Below, piece after piece: positions 60,706 to 64,000 of a DNA stretch of 64,000 bases. The notes below the pieces were generated by a model, which did not search any database, was not told the origin of the DNA, and saw nothing but the letters and a program-made list of their open reading frames with translations. Each line of letters starts with the position of its first letter. Positions within the stretch are counted from its first letter, which is position 1. The position numbers and the translations under genes were made by a program. Location of the stretch: NCBI GenBank assembly GCA_050698755.1, contig JBOHCK010000001.1, positions 140-64,139 on the forward strand, given 5' to 3'. This stretch comes from Streptosporangiaceae bacterium. GTDB taxonomy: Bacteria; Actinomycetota; Actinomycetes; Streptosporangiales; Streptosporangiaceae.

Positions 60706-60885
60706 TTAGAGGTCTTCCTCGTCGTCGAGGCGGGCGAGGTAGCTGGCCAGGCGGTCGACGGCGGTCTCGAAGTCCGGAAACTCGTCGACGAAGTCGCGCA
60801 GCCGCGAGGCGAGCCAGGCCACGGAGACCTGCTCGTCGCCGCGCCGCACCTCCAGCTCCTCGATGCCGCGGTCGGTGAAGTACAT
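60706..60885 (-). CDS. small conserved actinobacterial protein (DUF6104-like)
   Basis: In-frame ATG at 60885. 59 aa, MYFTDRGIEELEVRRGDEQVSVAWLASRLRDFVDEF...DDEEDL, lying 17 nt downstream of kgd. Confidence 0.55.
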   Translation of the reverse strand: MYFTDRGIEELEVRRGDEQVSVAWLASRLRDFVDEFPDFETAVDRLASYLARLDDEEDL

Positions 60886-60901
60886 CGGTTCCCCCAAAGG
60901 T

Positions 60902-63900
60902 TCAGTGCGAGGGGATAGCCGTCTCGAGAATGCCCTGGTGGGACCGGGCGTGCTGGGCCGCGGAGCCCGTCGCGGGCGCGGAGCTCGGGGGCAGGGACAC
61001 CAGGCCGACCTCGCGGCCCAAGAGCCGGGGGAGCTTGAGCGCGAAGTTGGGCCAGGCGCCCATGTTGGCCGGCTCCTCCTGGACCCAGGTGACCGACGAA
61101 GCACCCGGGTAGTGGGCGAGCTCGGCGGTCAGCTCCGAGACGGGCAGCGGGTAGAGCCGCTCGACCCGGGCGATGGCTACATCGGAAGCAGCCATCTCCT
61201 GGCGGCGCGCGGCCAGGTCGTAGTACACCTTCCCAGTGCAAAGCAGCACCCGGCGCACGTCGGCATCCCCCCCGGCATGAGAAGACCCGATCAGCGGACG
61301 GAAGGAACCGCTAGTGAACTCGCTGACTGCGGAGGTGGCCGCCTTCAGCCTGAGCATGGACTTCGGGGTGAACACGATGAGCGGCTTGTGCCGGCCGGAC
61401 AGGCCCTGCCAGCGCAGCAGGTGGAAGTAGTTGCCCGGGGTGGTCGGCATCGCCACCGTCATGTTGTCCTGCGCGCACAGCGCGAGGAACCGCTCGATCC
61501 GGGCGGAGGAGTGATCGGGGCCCTGGCCGTCGTAGCCGTGCGGGAGTAGCAGGACCACCCCTGATCGCTGGCCCCACTTCTGCTCGCCGGAGCTGATGAA
61601 CTCGTCGATGATCGTCTGCGCCCCGTCGGCGAAGTCGCCGAACTGCGCCTCCCAGCAGACCAGGGCCTCGGGGCGGGCCACGGAGTACCCGTACTCGAAC
61701 CCCATCGCCGCGTACTCCGACAGCAGGGAGTCGTGCACGAAGAACTTCGCGGCGCCGGAGTCCAGCTGCTTCAGCGGCGTGTACTCCTGGCCGGTGTTCC
61801 TGTCCACCAGCACCGCGTGCCGTTGCCCGAACGTCCCTCGCCTGGAGTCCTGGCCCACCAGGCGCACCGGATACCCGTCGATGAGCAGCGCGCCGAACGC
61901 CAGCAGCTCGCCGGTCGCCCAGTCGATGGTGTCCTCGGCGGCCATCGCGGCCCGCCGGTCGAGGAGCGGCTTGAGCCGAGGATGCACGGTAAAGGAGGGC
62001 GGGAGGCTGACCTGCGTGTCGATGATCCGCTTGACCGTCTCGCCGGACACCGCGGTGGGCACCGACTGGTGGTCGACCGGGCGGTCCTCCGGCTCGGGCG
62101 GCCTGACGGTGCCCGGCTCGGCCGGACGTTCGGCGGCGTCCCTGGTCTCGGTGAAGGCGCGCTCGAGCTGCTGCTGGTAGTGGCGCAGCGCCGCCTCGGC
62201 CTCCTCCATGGTGATGTCGCCGCGGGCGATCAGCGACTCCGTGTAGACCTTACGAGTGGAGCGCCTCGCCTCCACCAGGTCGTACATGAGCGGCTGCGTG
62301 AACGAGGGGTTGTCGGTCTCGTTGTGCCCCCGCTTGCGGTAGCACAGCATGTCGACGACGACGTCCTTCTTGAACGCGTGCCGGTAGGCGAAGGCCAGCC
62401 GCGCAACGCGCACGACGGCCTCCGGGTCGTCCCCGTTGACGTGGAAGATCGGCGCCTGGATCATCCGGGCCACATCAGTCGCGTACACAGAAGACCGCGA
62501 GTACTGCGGGGCGGTGGTGAAGCCCACCTGGTTGTTCACGATGATGTGCACGGTGCCGCCGGTGCGGTACCCGCGCAGCAGCGAGAGGTTCAGCGTCTCG
62601 GCCACCACGCCCTGCCCGGCGAACGCGGCGTCGCCGTGGATGAGCACGGGCAGCACGGTGAACCCGGGCTCGCCCTTGTCGATCACGTCCTGCTTGGCCC
62701 GGACGACCCCCTCGAGGACCGGGTCGACCGCCTCCAGGTGGCTCGGGTTGGCCACCAGCGAGGTCTTGATCGCGCGACCGTCGGGCGCGCCGAAGGTCCC
62801 CTCCGCGCCGAGGTGGTACTTGACGTCGCCCGAGCCCTGCGCGCTGCTCGGGTCCAGGTTGCCCTCAAACTCCTTGAAGATCTGCGCGTAGGACTTGCCG
62901 ACGATGTTGGCCAGCACGTTCAGCCGGCCGCGGTGCGCCATGCCGATGACCGCCTCGTCCAGGCCGGTGTCGGCCGCCTCGGCGAGCACGGCGTCCAGGA
63001 GCGGGATCAGCGACTCGGCGCCTTCCAGGGAGAAGCGGCGCTGCCCCACGAACTTGGTCTGCAGGAACATCTCGAACGCCTCGGCCACGTTGAGCCGGGA
63101 CAGGATGCGGATCTGCTCGTCGTGTTCGGCGCGCGGGTGCGGGACCTCGATCCGGTCCTGCAGCCAGCGGCGCTCCTCCGGGTCCTGGATGTGCATGTAC
63201 TCGGTGCCGACCGTGCGGCAGTACGAGTCGCGCAGCACGCCGAGGATGTCCCGCAGCTTCATCCGCGGCTTCCCGCCGAACCCGCCGGTGGGGAACTCGC
63301 GCTCCAGGTCCCACAGCGTCAGCCCGTGCAGGTTGATGTCCAGGTCGGGGTGCTTGCGCTGGGTGACCTCCAGCGGGTTGGTGTCGGCCATCAGGTGGCC
63401 GCGCACCCGGTACGCGTGGATCAGCTCCTGCACCCGGGCGGACCTGGCGACGTCGTCCTCGTGGCCCTCGGCGAAGTCCCTGACCCAGCGGACCGGCTCG
63501 TACGGGATTCGCAGTGAGGCGAAGATCTCGTCGTAGAAGGCGTCCCCGCCGAGCAGCAGCCCGTGGATCTCGGCCAGGAACTCCCCGGACTGCGCGCCCT
63601 GGATGATCCGGTGGTCGTAGGTGGAGGTGAGCGTGACCGACTTGCTGATGGCCAGCCGGGATAGGGTCTCCTCCGACGCGCCTGCGTACTCGGCCGGGTA
63701 CTCCATCGCGCCGACGCCGACGATGACGCCCTGGCCGGGCATCAGCCTGGGCACCGAGTGGACGGTCCCGATCGTGCCCGGGTTCGTGATGGTCGCCGTG
63801 GTGCCGGCGAAGTCCTCGACCGCGAGCTTGCCCGTACGCGCGCGCCGCACGACGTCCTCGTAGCTCTGCCAGAACATGCGGAAGTCCATGTCCTCCGCCG

Positions 63901-64000
63901 TCTTGATGTTCGGCACCAGGAGCTGCCTGGATCCGTCGGCGGCCTGCACGTCGATGGCCAGCCCCAGGTTGACGTGCTCGGGCTTGGCGACGGCGGGCTT
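60902..64000 (-). CDS. kgd: multifunctional 2-oxoglutarate decarboxylase/dehydrogenase E1 (Kgd/SucA, with E2-like acyltransferase segment); 5' end outside the window
   Basis: The frame is open to the window edge. An E2-like catalytic segment (NLGLAID..., [17 protein letters not shown]) is followed by the E1o ThDP domain ([37 protein letters not shown]). Confidence 0.95.
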   Translation of the reverse strand, partial: KPAVAKPEHVNLGLAIDVQAADGSRQLLVPNIKTAEDMDFRMFWQSYEDVVRRARTGKLAVEDFAGTTATITNPGTIGTVHSVPRLMPGQGVIVGVGAMEYPAEYAGASEETLSRLAISKSVTLTSTYDHRIIQGAQSGEFLAEIHGLLLGGDAFYDEIFASLRIPYEPVRWVRDFAEGHEDDVARSARVQELIHAYRVRGHLMADTNPLEVTQRKHPDLDINLHGLTLWDLEREFPTGGFGGKPRMKLRDILGVLRDSYCRTVGTEYMHIQDPEERRWLQDRIEVPHPRAEHDEQIRILSRLNVAEAFEMFLQTKFVGQRRFSLEGAESLIPLLDAVLAEAADTGLDEAVIGMAHRGRLNVLANIVGKSYAQIFKEFEGNLDPSSAQGSGDVKYHLGAEGTFGAPDGRAIKTSLVANPSHLEAVDPVLEGVVRAKQDVIDKGEPGFTVLPVLIHGDAAFAGQGVVAETLNLSLLRGYRTGGTVHIIVNNQVGFTTAPQYSRSSVYATDVARMIQAPIFHVNGDDPEAVVRVARLAFAYRHAFKKDVVVDMLCYRKRGHNETDNPSFTQPLMYDLVEARRSTRKVYTESLIARGDITMEEAEAALRHYQQQLERAFTETRDAAERPAEPGTVRPPEPEDRPVDHQSVPTAVSGETVKRIIDTQVSLPPSFTVHPRLKPLLDRRAAMAAEDTIDWATGELLAFGALLIDGYPVRLVGQDSRRGTFGQRHAVLVDRNTGQEYTPLKQLDSGAAKFFVHDSLLSEYAAMGFEYGYSVARPEALVCWEAQFGDFADGAQTIIDEFISSGEQKWGQRSGVVLLLPHGYDGQGPDHSSARIERFLALCAQDNMTVAMPTTPGNYFHLLRWQGLSGRHKPLIVFTPKSMLRLKAATSAVSEFTSGSFRPLIGSSHAGGDADVRRVLLCTGKVYYDLAARRQEMAASDVAIARVERLYPLPVSELTAELAHYPGASSVTWVQEEPANMGAWPNFALKLPRLLGREVGLVSLPPSSAPATGSAAQHARSHQGILETAIPSH

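Noticed and set aside
61733-63517. 594-aa plus-strand ORF inside kgd
   Set aside because: It is a shadow ORF antisense to the highly conserved 2-oxoglutarate dehydrogenase E1.
1-64000. Searched by eye for tRNA/rRNA genes, intact IS elements or transposases, toxin-antitoxin pairs and prophage genes
   Set aside because: No T-loop-like GGTTCGAATCC motifs, rRNA-like segments, transposase ORFs or terminal inverted repeats were recognised. The only mobile-element trace is the recombinase remnant at 51153-51361.

Overview
Very high-G+C (about 70% by eye) actinobacterial chromosomal DNA, densely coding on both strands. It is mostly conserved core genome. Hallmark genes are sigH/sigR with its ZAS anti-sigma factor, whiB1 next to pdtaS, a SigF-type sigma factor with an RsbW-type anti-sigma kinase, Ni-SOD sodN/sodX, aroA-rsgA, hisN, and kgd/sucA, which runs off the right edge.

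The left 14 kb is lipid metabolism: mcr and an SDR, a translationally coupled plsB / HAD-plsC / WS-DGAT operon, echA, a two-module acyl-CoA dehydrogenase, a nitronate monooxygenase, and a thiolase-like::crotonase fusion.

Many of the long ORFs in the six-frame track are GC-driven shadow ORFs antisense to recognisable genes, and I rejected them.

Observations worth a second look:
1. A tightly coupled four-gene operon (20554-25363) encodes two unrecognisable proteins followed by a MoxR-type AAA+ ATPase and a VWA/DUF2201 protein. This is my best candidate for an uncharacterised system.
2. Several unrelated CDSs carry in-frame minisatellites with unit lengths in multiples of 3 (15, 30 and ~36 bp). 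One expands the LTGAG oxyanion-hole motif of a crotonase eightfold.
3. A perfect 34-bp AT-rich palindrome lies in a divergent promoter region at 17830-17863.
4. A decayed integrated segment (about 51.1-53.4 kb) is bounded by a duplicated 3' end of a CGNR zinc-finger gene and lies next to a serine-recombinase remnant.
5. A truncated symporter is fused in frame to a ThDP enzyme gene beside an AT-rich scar.
6. A textbook SigR/SigH autoregulatory promoter (GGAAT-N18-GTT) is positioned to give a near-leaderless long isoform.

No tRNA, rRNA, CRISPR array or intact mobile element was recognised. Coordinates of non-coding motifs were calibrated against the ORF track but may be off by 1-2 nt.
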